From contig JBDOQK010000049.1 of the NCBI GenBank assembly GCA_040437565.1, positions 186,001 to 250,000 on the forward strand: 64,000 nucleotides of DNA, read 5' to 3'. This DNA comes from Albugo candida (lineage: Eukaryota). How positions within the stretch are numbered: the first letter of the stretch is position 1; each line of letters starts with the position of its first letter. Positions 25,977 to 39,516 of the stretch are shown here, piece by piece. The position numbers were made by a program, and so were the translations under genes. A model generated the notes under the pieces. It did not search any database. It saw nothing but the letters and a program-made list of their open reading frames with translations, and was not told the origin of the DNA.

Positions 25977-28900
25977 TTATTCCAAGAAATCGCACGCATC
26001 TATGAGCGTGGCCAGTCGTCCCATTACTACCGCTCGCTTTTGATGCAAGGATAAGTCACCAGTATCCTCCGCTTCTCTTTCAAGTTGATGTGGATCATGC
26101 TTGGATCTCGCATGTGACAGCAAATTCCCTAGTTGGATTAAAACGGCTTCCTCCAATGCCTTCAATCCACTAGTGGGATCAGATTCCGTTGGAGGTGCCC
26201 TGTGTCGTGGGCACGATACCAATTCAAGTGCCTGCCACAACTTACTCACAATATGTAACATTCTGAGCGTAAGTGATGCGGAGAGTACCACATCGTCACT
26301 GGTGCCAATGATCGAGTTCGATTCCCAAGTAAGAAACGGCGTAATGAGGACGATGCATTCCATAGCCAGCTTTACCTTCAAGGCTAAATTCTCCAAAGTA
26401 TATTTTCTGTCAGGACTCGTGATCCATATTTCCAATTCGGTGATGATCCTCCGTAAGCAATCAGTAAACTTTGCCCGTGCAGTCGTAAGGAAGTTATCGT
26501 TGCCACTATAAAGAATATTGTTAGAATCTACACCATTGATTTTGTCTGGAGGTTGACGCTGTCCCCATAATCCAAACAATTGAGTAAAAAGCAGTCGAAA
26601 TCGAATTCGTAATACTTCGACCATAAATTTAGAGTCAAATTTGGACTCCGTCGATTGTATTCGTATATTTGCGAGCATCTTATCATCTTCTGGTTCGCTT
26701 TCAGCCCATTCGTTTGGAAATAGCCGATCAAACAGGAGATGATACAATGCTGAAACATAGTAAAATGGATCGTCGTCTTTGACAGAAGGAACGTATGCTA
26801 TGATACTAACGAGACATTGCACATAATGTATAAATCCACCATCCGAAACGGTGTCGTGACTTTGTAAGTAGGACCTAAAGTGAAAACCGTCATTCAAAGC
26901 CATTGAAACCTTTCCACATTCTATCAACTGCTTGTAGTGTTCTTTTACATCATACAAGAGTACACTAGCTTTCGTCTCAGCAATTTGCCGAATCGCAGAT
27001 TTGAGAAATCCATCTAATTGAGATAAACAATTCCTTACTAACGCGGCATTTGCCCCAAGTGTATACAATCCCATTTTGTAGATGTCCAATTTCGGCTCTA
27101 AGAACGTCGAAATGGAAGGAATTGTGATATATGCATGAGCAAGGCATGACTTGATGAATTCAGCCTCTTGTCGCTCGATAGTTGTGGTCGGTGTCTTCGT
27201 CCTTTCTGTACTGCGGGGTCGAAAAGTTTGGGCCGTCAAAATAAGCACACATTTCGATAATATCGCTTTGACAGGCTCCAACTTGTAGAATGCACGACGG
27301 CAATCGGTGTAGAGTTGCAGTAACGCACCTCTTTCATCAACAACAAAACTTTCGCGGAGTGGAGTAAGACCACACAATGAGGTCTCGTGCAGCACGCCCA
27401 ATCTCATTATAAACTTGCAAATATCTGTCGATGCCTCATTGAATTCCGATTGAGTGCCAAGATTATCAAGGGAATCATGAATACGGCAGCATAGGACGAA
27501 TAACGTGCGTGCTACCGCTGCCTGTGGACCAGCCACATGAAGTCGAATTTGACCGTTGGCCGAGCTATGGCTCGTAGGTGTAGGTCCAACGAATGCATGC
27601 AACACTTTCTTCGATACACCAACACTAGTTTCCTGCTTGAACAATCCCAATAAAGTCTATTCCATACTAATCAGTAAGAAGCAATTGACAAAGTAAGTCG
27701 TACCAGAAACTCGAGCGAGGGAATTACAACAGCAAAATACTCCTTTTGCTTCCTTGCCTCGCAAACGACATGTTCGATTACAGCACTTAATTGATGGTAG
27801 GTCGACTCATTGAATTTCTCTGGTGAAATATCATTCAACTTTCGCGATATATCTTGGAGCAGGATTTGGGCTTCTAAAGGCTAAACATCATGCTCAGAAG
27901 TGACAACAAATGTGAGTACGATAATTCTTACCGAAAAGTGTGTGACAATCAGTTGCATGTACGCTGCTCCGCATTCCATATACTCATCCAGTTCAGATAC
28001 TTCGCTAACTGTTTTCCATGTAGTATTCAGAAAATATAGCAAGGACCTGCGATCGATTGAATCTGATTCTTTTTTTGCTAATTTGTGTGCCAGGACCGCA
28101 TACAAATGACTCTTTGAAAAGTTAGACGGGCTTGAAGTACGAATAAGCTGGCAGATCTCTCGACAAGTTTTGTCGTCGTACGGTTCCACTCCAAATGCAT
28201 CGATCAAGTGCTTTAAAACCATTGAATTGCCACAAGTTTCTTTATAATGAGCCAATAATTCATAAAAAATGCTTTGGTCAGGTGACACTGAAGCTGCATA
28301 ACGGAAAAGCCATTTTATCGCTGGTGAATGTAATTCCAGCAGCTTCTCTTCGGTCCATTGTTCAAAAATTTTGGATTCAGGATTCATCGTCGGTTGATGC
28401 TTCTCAATCCATTCGTTCAACTGGTGAGTCCGAAAATAGCGGAGACTGAGAAGGTAGTCAGACAAAGTAGTCAGAATCACATTTTTTGAAAACACTTTCA
28501 TCAAATTTGAGGCGGATAGTATCAGATACAGACGGGCGTAAACTGCTACCAAAGGATTGGCTACACCTCTATGACAATTTGAGAATGTTAGCAGCGCCCA
28601 AACATAATACGATCCGGTAGAGGTACCTGATCATATTGGAGAGCCGTAAAATGATAAGCTCGTAATCTCCATTCGACAGGTATCGATAGCATTGCAGTAG
28701 AGCTATTTCTATATAGCTGAAGAAAACGAAACGTACAAAATATGATAACAAATGCAAAATGAGATACACTGACATGCGTGGTAGGAGTTCTCGGATACAT
28801 GCGGTCTTGTAAAACCAGTTTCGACATGTTTCCATTGCTTGTACGTTGATGTCTGTAGACGAGAAACCTTTAGGTAACGAGAAGGAAGCCAATAGTTGAC

Positions 28901-30277
28901 CGGATTCATCACTACAAGCTCGCTCTCTGATTCGATCAAAAACGAGCTGTCCAAATTTGTCAAGAATCGTGCTCACGAGTACAAAAGCGCTCGGGTACAA
29001 CTCCGGGCTAGTGTCAGCATCTTTTAGAATTTTCACGGCCTTGATCGTTACTCGCAAAGCTTCAACTTTTTGCTTCCTTTGCCACGTTTGAATCAGTTGC
29101 TCCTTCATTGTACTGATCTTTGCGATGTATTCTGCTTGTGAGAGTTCCACGAGTTGATCCAACTCCCCTAGCGATTCAGATAAATGTGGATTTTGTTCAG
29201 GATTGAGTGCAAGTCTTCTAGCATCTAGGAACTGAAGTCTATCTTTGGCACGTTTGATCACAGGTACGTTCTCACTGACATTCTGGCTATTTGTGTTCTG
29301 TGATGCAGCTGGATTGCTCATAAAAAACTCACCTATGGTCATCACCAAGTGTTAAGCCAATTTGGTCATATATGAGTATAGTGTAATGACTGATACCTGG
29401 ATGATCAGACTCGCTTAGATCCATCATGTACTAGAATCACGCATTATCCATGTGTTCGCGAGTGAATATGCGATAAAGGAACATACCGGTCTGATTTTGA
29501 ACGTTAGTTTCTGAGTCACACGAAGTATTACATCAGCATTTCTGTGCCAGTCATCCAATAGAGTTGGTTCGATTAGACCCAAGTGACCAGGATCCTTTTG
29601 TAAATGTGCAATACACTGCGAGGTTTGACTGTTGTTATCCGGTTCGCTGTGTTTTTTATCGTTGTACCCAGTCGGAGCAGTTGCGCCAAGCGGATCGATT
29701 TCTCCTTTATTTAGCGATACGAGCTCATTTAACCGGTTTTTATCCCCTTCAGCGGGATTTGATTGTATCTGACGAGTCAGTGCCGATTGAGATGGTGTTT
29801 TTAATTCATGTGACGAAGTTGGACAATCGACATAAAAAAATGATTTTCTAGCGCCTTGAAGTATTTCAGTGGGTGTTTAAGTTGCGATTCGCATTTTGCT
29901 GTATTATGTTTGCATAACGAGTTCATTTTTGCATATCTATTCAATGGGACGANNNNNNNNNNNNNNNNNNNNNNNNNNNNNNNNNNNNNNNNNNNNNNNN
30001 NNNNNNNNNNNNNNNNNNNNNNNNNNNNNNNNNNNNNNNNNNNNNNNNNNNNAGTCAGTGCCGATTGAGATGGTGTTTTTAATTCATGTGACGAAGTTGG
30101 ACAATCGACATAAAAAAAATGATTTTCTAGCGCCTTGAAGTATTTCAGTGGGTGTTTAAGTTGCGATTCGCATTTTGCTGTATTATGTTTGCATAACGAG
30201 TTCATTTTTGCATATCTATTCAATGGGACGATAGATTTTTCATCGAAAATCTCTCGCAACGATGCATGCTTCGTCAT
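25977..30277 (-). CDS. VPS35L: VPS35L (C16orf62), Retriever/Commander subunit; multi-exon, 5' end crosses an assembly gap
   Basis: YPSAFVLVSTILDKFGQLVFDRI, ETCRNWFYKTACIRELLPR.YIEIALLQCYRYL, HPLK and IDPLG motifs match VPS35L. Exons lie in ORFs 28569-29348, 27881-28552 and 25977-27650 plus an open frame ~29488-29820. Start at 30277 is tentative. Confidence 0.9.
29775..30231. repeat. Gap-flanking duplication (29775-29952 vs 30053-30231)
   Basis: Copies match except for an A7 versus A8 run. Confidence 0.95.
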
Positions 30278-31329
30278 TCCACTGTATCTGCATCAGGAAC
30301 CCAGAACTGAGGGTATCGTGGATTATTTAATATCCAAGAATATCGATTAATACAGTGCCCGCGATCAGATGGTAATTCCAATGACCCACCACCGAGATAA
30401 CACTTACTTACATGACTGAAAGTCGGTGATCGATATCTCATAACGGCACAACCGAGCGGTTCTGACAGGATGAATGACAAGAGAGCCAAGCAACAGAAGA
30501 GAGCAATAATTTGACCTGTAAGTAGAGCAGTGATAAAAACGCACCTCAGCAAAGCGTCATGTTTCGCGCTTTTTTGTCAATCTTACGTAAGAAATCCTTC
30601 GAATGCTTGTCTTCGACAGCCCATCAGGTAAATCAATGAATAAAAGACCAAGCAACTGCTTGTGAAAAAACCAATGCCACTCATGTCTAACATAAACTGC
30701 TTCTTAGATACTATACGCCACAGAAACATTTCTGCATGCCCACAGATCAGAATACTTGTCGTCCGCCTATAGCTTTCTTTGTTTCTTGATAAGTAGCTGC
30801 ACGAACGTACATGCTGCTAATCCCTAAACAAGAAACAAGGGTTTTGAGCTGCTTGTATATCTAAAACGGTGCGAGCAGAGCGCTATGTGCGTCAAAGAAT
30901 AAGTGTGCCGCAAAGACACACGCAAGTGCTGTCGAATGGTATATAAGACGGCAGCACTGCTCAAATCAGAACAGCTCGCGGGGATCTACGCTAAGGCTCT
31001 ATCTTAAATGTAGTAGCTGGCATTGTAGGGGTGAAGTAGCGTCAGATTTCCGGCTACTCTATCTCTCCTTCCATGTCGGCGAAATCGTAGGAATGTCAAA
31101 TAGATTCTAACAAGGAAATGTAGGATTTTGAAAGTTACGAGAGCAAGGGTAAGATGAGACGGAAGCGAGGCACCTGGACTCCATCACTTATATTCTTGTG
31201 GTCAACAAAGCGATCTCAAGCTCACCGATTTCAAGTATACAGTAGAAAATAGTTTGATCAGTTTGTAGCTGTGATGCGAGTTCTATAAATCCGATTGATC
31301 TATCGACATGTTACCTTTCGTACACATTA

Positions 31330-32200
31330 TCTCATCATTTCTTTTTCTGATGACGATCGAACCTCTCCGAAAGATACTTTACCAACATGAAGAATTTCGT
31401 ACTTGGATCAAGAAAACCTGTCTCGCAATTGACTTTTCTTCGGCGATTTGAGTTTGCTTCTAGAAAATCCCAAATTGGGGTTTTTCGCAGGCGTACTAGC
31501 CCAAGTTTACTGTGTTGACCTGGTGTGAAGCTCAAATAAGCCGAAGAAAACGCCAATGAGAATCATTGCGTAGGTAGACGAAAACGTCCGTGAACACCCA
31601 CGAGAAGCCCTTGTTGCATTGGACCATGGCCTATTCTCGTGCTCCTGATTTGACCATATTTGGTCGGGAACATCCGGCCAAGTATTTGGGCATTCCGTTT
31701 GGCTAGACTCCGACTCATTGAATGTATGTATTAATTATGGACGAGCGTCCTTATGATAGGTTTGCTGTATGGTTACAACTTGCGAGTACTACCCGTGGCC
31801 GATTAATAATTTCGTAGACGATGATTCATCACGTTTGTGGCATCACACTATGCGAGTAAACATACAAGAAGAGACTCTTCTACAGTGGCAATCGATTCTG
31901 GACCGTTCAGTGCTTTGTCGGAAACACGAATAAAGACAAAAACACGTTTATTTGACCAACGAGGAGTTTTGATATATTCGTCAACAGGATGGTGGGCAAC
32001 AGATTCAATATTGGTGGGCCAATTGACGCTACAGTACAACCGACTGTTCCTTCGTGTTGAACAAGTGTACCACTTATCCAACCCCACTTACGACCACACA
32101 AGCCGATGGAGTGAAGCATTACAATCTCACATATGAATGCTCTACAACGTCATCAATACTACATGGTTCAACGGATCTTGTACCACTACCACCACGAGCT
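31330..32200 (+). mobile_element. Degenerate L1/Tx1-like LINE ORF2 fragment (RT C-terminal half)
   Basis: FLMTIEPLRKILYQHEEFRTWI...QVYC aligns with the RT at 46989-47513, followed by KYLGIPFG and GRLIIS*TMI..LWHH; many stops and frameshifts. Confidence 0.8.
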
Positions 32201-33624
32201 ACATTATGAAGCTACCACTCGTAGTTCGAGTGCGTAAAAGTTTGATACAACCTTGACATGCAATTGCACCACATGAAATATTTGGCATTCATTCGCCGCA
32301 GCCTCTGAGACCAGCTGTCTCCAAGACATTTGTAGGTATTTCGACACATGGTATACAAAGGACGCGTTCGTCGACCAATATTACGACGATGAAGTGGTCC
32401 AAACATCGGATATGACTGAATAGAAGCTGCTGGGTCAGCTTCGCAATAAAGCAACGTAGATACTACAGCTTACCACCTCGTTTGGTGTCATCACTTGTAC
32501 GTGAGAGTGCAAGCCCGGCAATAAAAAACCATTTTTTACAGCTTACCGCGCTTTCACTCTCATGGCTCGTCTTGAAACCTTCCGAAACACTAATCATCGC
32601 GGAGAGATCGGACACAATAGATATAGAACGGGTCCGAACATTAATGGCTACATCAAGGTGTCTTTAAAAAACATGTCTTACCGATTTTGAAGGTTTTACA
32701 TTTCCTTTGAAACTTCGAATGATGCCAGTTTGTCTCAGTCTCGGGCTTTGTAGGACACCCAGTCCGACATCTTATTGTGCTCTCAGCCTTCTTCTGGCAC
32801 AATCGAATCCGATCAACATCTCTTTCTCGAGTGCGATCATGCAGAACAATTATGGCTGGAGCTACTTCCTGATTGAATAAGTTTTCACCTCCAAGGGGAA
32901 AAGATGTTTGATCCTCATGAGTTGCTTATCTCGTACCTTCCACTCTATGTTACTGAACCTATCACAGAGCCCCCGATCTTAATCGACATCCCGCTTCTTG
33001 AATGAAATGTTCCGAGGCACCACATCAGAAACAGTATGGGCAACAAGATTTTGTTTCATAAAAATGCAAATATGAACCGAAGAGATGCAGTCAGCAAGTT
33101 TACTGACTGGCGCAATATATTGTTCGCTCTCGCCAGTAATGAGGAAAGATAGACAATCAGCTGTTTTGACTAGATTCGTGTCAGCCGAGACAAGATCCTC
33201 TCTTTCTGTCACCAATGCCCATTTTCCGTCTTCTTAAACCAAAGCTTCTCAATTTTCGCTTTGGAGAAAGCCAGATCTCATCTATATAAAATCAGGGAGC
33301 ACTGGAACACTGAAAGAGGTAGAGGCTAAACATCAATGCATTTTAAAGCAGCACCAACTTCAAACTGTAAATAACAATGCCGCATGAGGAATGGAGAGTA
33401 AATCATGTTCACGTCATGAAGTATGTACTAAGTTTGTAGCATGAATCTGACCAGATATATGAAAAAAGTGAAGAATTGTGCCTTGTGTTACTTACAATGC
33501 TAGCGACGAGAAGTTTCGATTCCAAAGCTGGAGATATCTCATTTTTGAAGGTACCCTGATCCCGAATACGCAACAACATTATAGATAAGACTTATGGTAA
33601 GCACAATAGCAATTCAGCAAACGG

Positions 33625-33863
33625 CTCAGTTGAAGGTGTCTATATTACTAGAATTAGACTGACTTCTCTAGTTGCCTAGGCTATCTTAAATAACATATAT
33701 ACATATAAAAAACGCTTCGTGAAATACCTGTGAGAGATGATAATATGTCTTCTCGTTGATAATCTCGTATCGTAATAGCCTCAGCACCCTTAATACGAGA
33801 CTGTGTCGAGCTTGTAAATGCTGTAAAGTTGTAAGGTTGTAAAAATGGTCCGAAAGTACCGTG
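33625..33863 (-). repeat. LINE 3'-end/UTR repeat copy
   Basis: Reverse complement aligns closely with 46649-46886 and with 47554-47650. Confidence 0.85.
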
Positions 33864-34298
33864 TTGTCCNNNNNNNNNNNNNNNNNNNNNNNNNNNNNNN
33901 NNNNNNNNNNNNNNNNNNNNNNNNNNNNNNNNNNNNNNNNNNNNNNNNNNNNNNNNNNNNNNNNNNNNNCTGTACTTTGCCCATCCAAGATCTACAGAGA
34001 TGGCTCGAGGTCAGAATGAGATTATTCTGGTGGATGCCACACACAAGACAAATGCTGAAGCTTCCGTTGCTGCACCTCGTCGGGTGCTCGTCAATCTAAA
34101 AACATTTTTATCGCATTTGTTTTCATGACGAACGAGAGTAAATCCTCATACTTTTCAGCAATAAACTTCTTTCGATCGATCCATGGGGACGAATCTCCTC
34201 CGTAATGTTTTGTCGGTGATCGCGAGCTGGCGCTAACTTCAAGAATTCAAGAACACTTCCCTACTTCCCAAATTCTATTATGTGTAGGGCATGTAAAG

Positions 34299-35162
34299 AG
34301 GGGATTGCTATTACCAACCCAGCTTTTCGCTATTTCCACCCACCACGTGACTTTTTGAACAATCAGATTACGGCGTTATCTCCACCTACATTTTTTACTA
34401 TTTCCACCCACCTTTTTATGATATGGGCACTTCTCAAAGAAGTGAATGGTAGAACCACCCTGGATGCGTATAATCTGCCATAAACGGCCTGACTCCAGGT
34501 GTATTGAAAATTGGCTATGCGTGTCGCATCCGTAAGAGATATTGTAGAGTACCCTTTTCAGTACAAAGAATTTCACTAGAGCTTTCGCAAACGTTCACTC
34601 AATTGCACCACAGGGCACTTCGGAATTCAGTCGATGCGTACAAGCGGTATAGCGGTACAAAGATGGCAAGTCCACTAAAACAGCTACGTGCAACATCTAC
34701 AAACGATAGCCCATCCCATAACGGTACAACCGCAGGGCGTCTGTGCGCTTGAAAACTGGCATAAGCAAGTTACAAATGTTCTACAAGTTATTTTAATTTT
34801 TGCTCGTGTCAGAGATATACGGCAAAAGACCGCTGTCGTTATCAGTCCAATTCTCAGACCAGACTGAACGTATTTTCAAATTCCAAAGACTCTCTCGCAA
34901 GATGTAGTATATATAGACGATAGATGATGGCGATCTGTAAATGCGTACTTTACTGTCTGCGAACGACGCGGTACAAGAAAAGCATGATAAATCTAGCCGA
35001 TCTAGAATTGGGATCCTAGAAAGGTGTGCAACTATGGGTTCTGATACCTTCGATCAGCATGCAGGACTGTGAAACTGTAGCCATACAGAAAAGTTGACTG
35101 GAAATAAAGCCGTAATCTGATTGGTCAAAAAGTCACGTGGTGGGTGGAAATAGCAATTCTCT
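34299..35162. mobile_element. MITE-like TIR element (~860 bp) nested in the MULE transposase
   Basis: GCTATTTCCACCCACCACGTGACTTTTTGA(A/C)CAATCAGATTACGGC at ~34329-34375 recurs inverted at ~35108-35154; outer ends AGGGGATTGCTATT and AGAGAATTGCTATT; MULE coding sequence continues on both sides. Confidence 0.75.
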
Positions 35163-37429
35163 ATTGAAAAAATGTAATGCATATTTCCAAAAAAAGTAGA
35201 ATGGACAGCTTCTATGAAGGAATGGAGGGCAATCATGTATGCAAAAACAGAAGGCTCCTTCGATGAACTATGGAAACGTTTCGAATACATGTAGACAATG
35301 CAATCATCAACTACATTGTCAAAACATGGATTCCCTACAAAGAAATGTTTGTTGCAGCTTGGACTGACCGTAGAACGCATTTTGGTCACACTACAACCTC
35401 GCGCGGTGAAAGTGCTCACCACATGCTCGAGCAATACATGCCAACTAGCATGAACAACCTTATTTCGTGATGCGAAGAATTATACCTAGCTATTGATAAT
35501 AATCTTATAGAGCAAGATGTGTCCCGACAATGTCAACAAATCAGAATATGCAACTATGCACAGCCAGCACCTCAAGATATGATTTTTCAGGATTTCGATT
35601 TGGAAATTTTTCATTCTGCACAAAATAAAATCGAGGAACAGTTAATAGTTGCCGCCAGCCACAAAGAAACAACGAAGACGTATGCTCTGGTGTATTTCGC
35701 TTCATGTGGGGTCTTCCCTGTAAGCACAAACTGCGTCAATACATGCGTCAATACCTGCGTCAAAAGCAAAACTTGCAAATGAGCTACATCCATCCGCATT
35801 GGCACTTGGCAAAGCCCAACCAACTAAGTCCTTTTCTATTGCAGCCAGCCAGAAGTCTTCCGATGTTACGTGATCAAGTGCCACCTGCTTTGGGGGCTCA
35901 CCAGACCATCAGCAGGCTACGACACTCGACGAATTTCGGACACTTTCGCAATAAATGCCAAAACTTTGCAGGAGCCAGTAATTGTGTGCCGTAGAGGGAG
36001 GACGCGCCAACAAAATGGATCGACGCAATTTATCTNNNNNNNNNNNNNNNNNNNNNNNNNNNNNNNNNNNNNNNNNNNNNNNNNNNNNNNNNNNNNNNNN
36101 NNNNNNNNNNNNNNNNNNNNNNNNNNNNNNNNNNNTGTGCGCTTGAAAACTGGCATAAGCAAGTTACAAATGTTCTACAAGTTATTTTAATTTTTGCTCG
36201 TGTCAGAGATATACGGCAAAAGACCGCTGTCGTTATCAGTCCAATTCTCAGACCAGACTGAACGTATTTTCAAATTCCAAAGACTCTCTCGCAAGATGTA
36301 GTATATATAGACGATAGATGATGGCGATCTGTAAATGCGTACTTTACTGTCTGCGAACGACGCGGTACAAGAAAAGCATGATAAATCTAGCCGATCTAGA
36401 ATTGGGATCCTAGAAAGGTGTGCAACTATGGGTTCTGATACCTTCGATCAGCATGCAGGACTGTGAAACTGTAGCCATACAGAAAAGTTGACTGGAAATA
36501 AAGCCGTAATCTGATTGGTCAAAAAGTCACGTGGTGGGTGGAAATAGCAATTCTCTATTGAAAAAATGTAATGCATATTTCCAAAAAAAGTAGAATGGAC
36601 AGCTTCTATGAAGGAATGGAGGGCAATCATGTATGCAAAAACAGAAGGCTCCTTCGATGAACTATGGAAACGTTTCGAATACATGTAGACAATGCAATCA
36701 TCAACTACATTGTCAAAACATGGATTCCCTACAAAGAAATGTTTGTTGCAGCTTGGACTGACCGTAGAACGCATTTTGGTCACACTACAACCTCGCGCGG
36801 TGAAAGTGCTCACCACATGCTCGAGCAATACATGCCAACTAGCATGAACAACCTTATTTCGTGATGCGAAGAATTATACCTAGCTATTGATAATAATCTT
36901 ATAGAGCAAGATGTGTCCCGACAATGTCAACAAATCAGAATATGCAACTATGCACAGCCAGCACCTCAAGATATGATTTTTCAGGATTTCGATTTGGAAA
37001 TTTTTCATTCTGCACAAAATAAAATCGAGGAACAGTTAATAGTTGCCGCCAGCCACAAAGAAACAACGAAGACGTATGCTCTGGTGTATTTCGCTTCATG
37101 TGGGGTCTTCCCTGTAAGCACAAACTGCGTCAATACATGCGTCAATACCTGCGTCAAAAGCAAAACTTGCAAATGAGCTACATCCATCCGCATTGGCACT
37201 TGGCAAAGCCCAACCAACTAAGTCCTTTTCTATTGCAGCCAGCCAGAAGTCTTCCGATGTTACGTGATCAAGTGCCACCTGCTTTGGGGGCTCACCAGAC
37301 CATCAGCAGGCTACGACACTCGACGAATTTCGGACACTTTCGCAATAAATGCCAAAACTTTGCAGGAGCCAGTAATTGTGTGCCGTAGAGGGAGGACGCG
37401 CCAACAAAATGGATCGACGCAATTTATCT
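34742..37429. repeat. Gap-flanking duplication (34742-36035 vs 36136-37429)
   Basis: Identical ORF translations at a 1394-nt offset. Confidence 0.95.
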
Positions 37430-38569
37430 GAGTTTGGATATGTGAAACCCAAGGAAAACCCAAAAACGTTTATGCAGAGCTTGTGGTGAAGTAGGGTACC
37501 ACTCGGACTTTAAGAAGTGCAAGAGTAAAATTAAATAGGGAATTCCACTATGTATCTTAGCTAGAAGCAATAATATAGTCACGCTATCGATGAATCATGT
37601 TGTTTTACACAAACTAGCCAATCAGATATGTTTTGTCTGTGGCAATATTAAAAACGTGTGTGGGAATAGCGAAAAAGATCGATGCATCACACACATTAGC
37701 CAATCATATTAGTTTACACGAATTAGCGAATCAAATGTGTTTTGCCGATTGCATCAGCCAAAACGTCTGTGGCAATAGTCACACCCGACCTGTAATTAAT
37801 ATTTTTGCGGCCAAATTGAAGAATCATCAAACATACAACGTCAACGTATACAAGTTGCGTAATCTTAATAATATTCCAACAGCTTTTTCTCCAATCACAT
37901 ATCACATTCAATCTTGATACCAACCATCATACTCCTTTGACAAGAAAGAAAATTCTTTTTTTGCCAGCCGACTGATCTAAGCAGCATGTCTCAAAGCTCA
38001 AAGAGCAACGTCACATGAAAGCTATGCAGGCTGCTTTTGAGACGAAGAAAGCGTGAAATACTTCAAGTTCAAGTATCGAAAAATAGGAGCGATATAAAGG
38101 CGAATTTAAAAAAATGAATTCGAGAATTGTGAGGAAGAGCAAACGGACACCATTTTTATGAGGATTGAGTCTTGCAAACGGCCTTCTAGTCACCTTGAAA
38201 ATTCTGACCGAACTAAGCGCTGCAAACGTGCAGCGCAGGAAAACGAGGCTTCTGGTTTAAGAAAACTAGAGACATCCTTCAAGGCGAAAACCACACAGCG
38301 TCAGCCTATAGATTCTGAAAGAGAGGACTCGATAGATGATTGACCTCTTTATCTTCCCAAATATCTTCAAGAGCGCTTCTGAAAGTGGGCAAACGCAATG
38401 AAGCACAGGAAGAAATTATACGGCTGCGTCTTGCCTCTGTTTCAGAATACTTCAGGCATAATCAGTGACAGTCAGATATAGTTAAGTCATTGTGCACATT
38501 CGCTAGCACATTTTTATTTTATTTACTCTCGTTCTATCGTGAATGCAAAATAAACGTTGCCGTCTTGTA

Positions 38570-38939
38570 AATAATTGCAGCGCGAATCGCAAAGGGCGTT
38601 GGTTTGCCAAGATGCTTTCATATCACGCACTTGAATCATCAGCTTTCTAAGCGATTCAAAAATACCTTCAAGATCTTGACACTGAGCTTGATTGAGCTGG
38701 TCACGAAGCCAGATTTGTAGTTCTGCGGTTACAAACTCTTACTCAATGTGAACGAATAATTTATCGACAGTATCGATTCTGTTACGCGACCAGACAAACA
38801 ACTCTACCGCTATGCCGTTGCGCATGATTCTCGTAGTCGAAACAAGCGTGGCTTTCATCGTTGCGCTCTTCCACTCAAAGAGCCTCACTTCAAAATGTTG
38901 CTGCAATTGTTCCTTAAACAAAGCAAACAACTCTTGCAT
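38570..38939 (-). mobile_element. Ty3/Gypsy Gag relic
   Basis: DKLFVHIE*EFVTAELQIWLRDQLNQAQCQDLEGIFESLRKLMIQVRDM resembles the retrotransposon-gag pattern EF.P.DLQ.RLRDQL...QV.DM. Confidence 0.6.
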
Positions 38940-39034
38940 ACGTCTACTGTAACGATACGCCTTCGATGCATTTTGTCGAAAGTCTTATAGAGGTGTCGCC
39001 TCGGCCATCTTACGCCATCATCGCATGCATGCTT

Positions 39035-39516
39035 TGCATGATCTCCATCTTTAAAGGCACGCCCTTGGATTTTGCTCCCCGACTTGAGACACTTGATCAG
39101 TCGGCGTTGGGAGCAGGTCCGGGTGAGGCTCAAAGCAGGGTAAGGGTTGGAGTCGAGTCAGATCTAGTGACCCTGACCAACAAGTGCTACCAGATGGTGT
39201 CCGAGATGGAAAAAACAAAAGTGAANNNNNNNNNNNNNNNNNNNNNNNNNNNNNNNNNNNNNNNNNNNNNNNNNNNNNNNNNNNNNNNNNNNNNNNNNNN
39301 NNNNNNNNNNNNNNNNNNNNNNNNNTGCATGATCTCCATCTTTAAAGGCACGCCCTTGGATTTTGCTCCCCGACTTGAGACACTTGATCAGTCGGCGTTG
39401 GGAGCAGGTCCGGGTGAGGCTCAAAGCAGGGTAAGGGTTGGAGTCGAGTCAGATCTAGTGACCCTGACCAACAAGTGCTACCAGATGGTGTCCGAGATGG
39501 AAAAAACAAAAGTGAA
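39035..39516. repeat. Gap-flanking duplication (39035-39225 vs 39326-39516)
   Basis: Same sequence on each side of the N run. Confidence 0.95.

Larger units (their letters stand above)
33970..37540 (+). mobile_element. Degenerate Mutator/MULE transposase, interrupted by an insertion and partly duplicated across a gap
   Basis: FAHPRS...ILVDATHKTN, KLPLLHLVG, GDRELAL and ILLCVGH at 33975-34293; resumes ~35161 with EWRAIMYAKTE...YIVKTWIPYKEMFVAAWTD..THFGHTTTSRGESAH; SWIM-like CSGVFRFMWGLPCKH; knuckle CRACGEVGYHSDFKKC near 37472-37519. Confidence 0.9.

Noticed and set aside
35731..35763. 12-bp tandem repeat (C/A)TGCGTCAATAC
   Set aside because: A local slippage duplication inside a dead MULE with no spacer structure.
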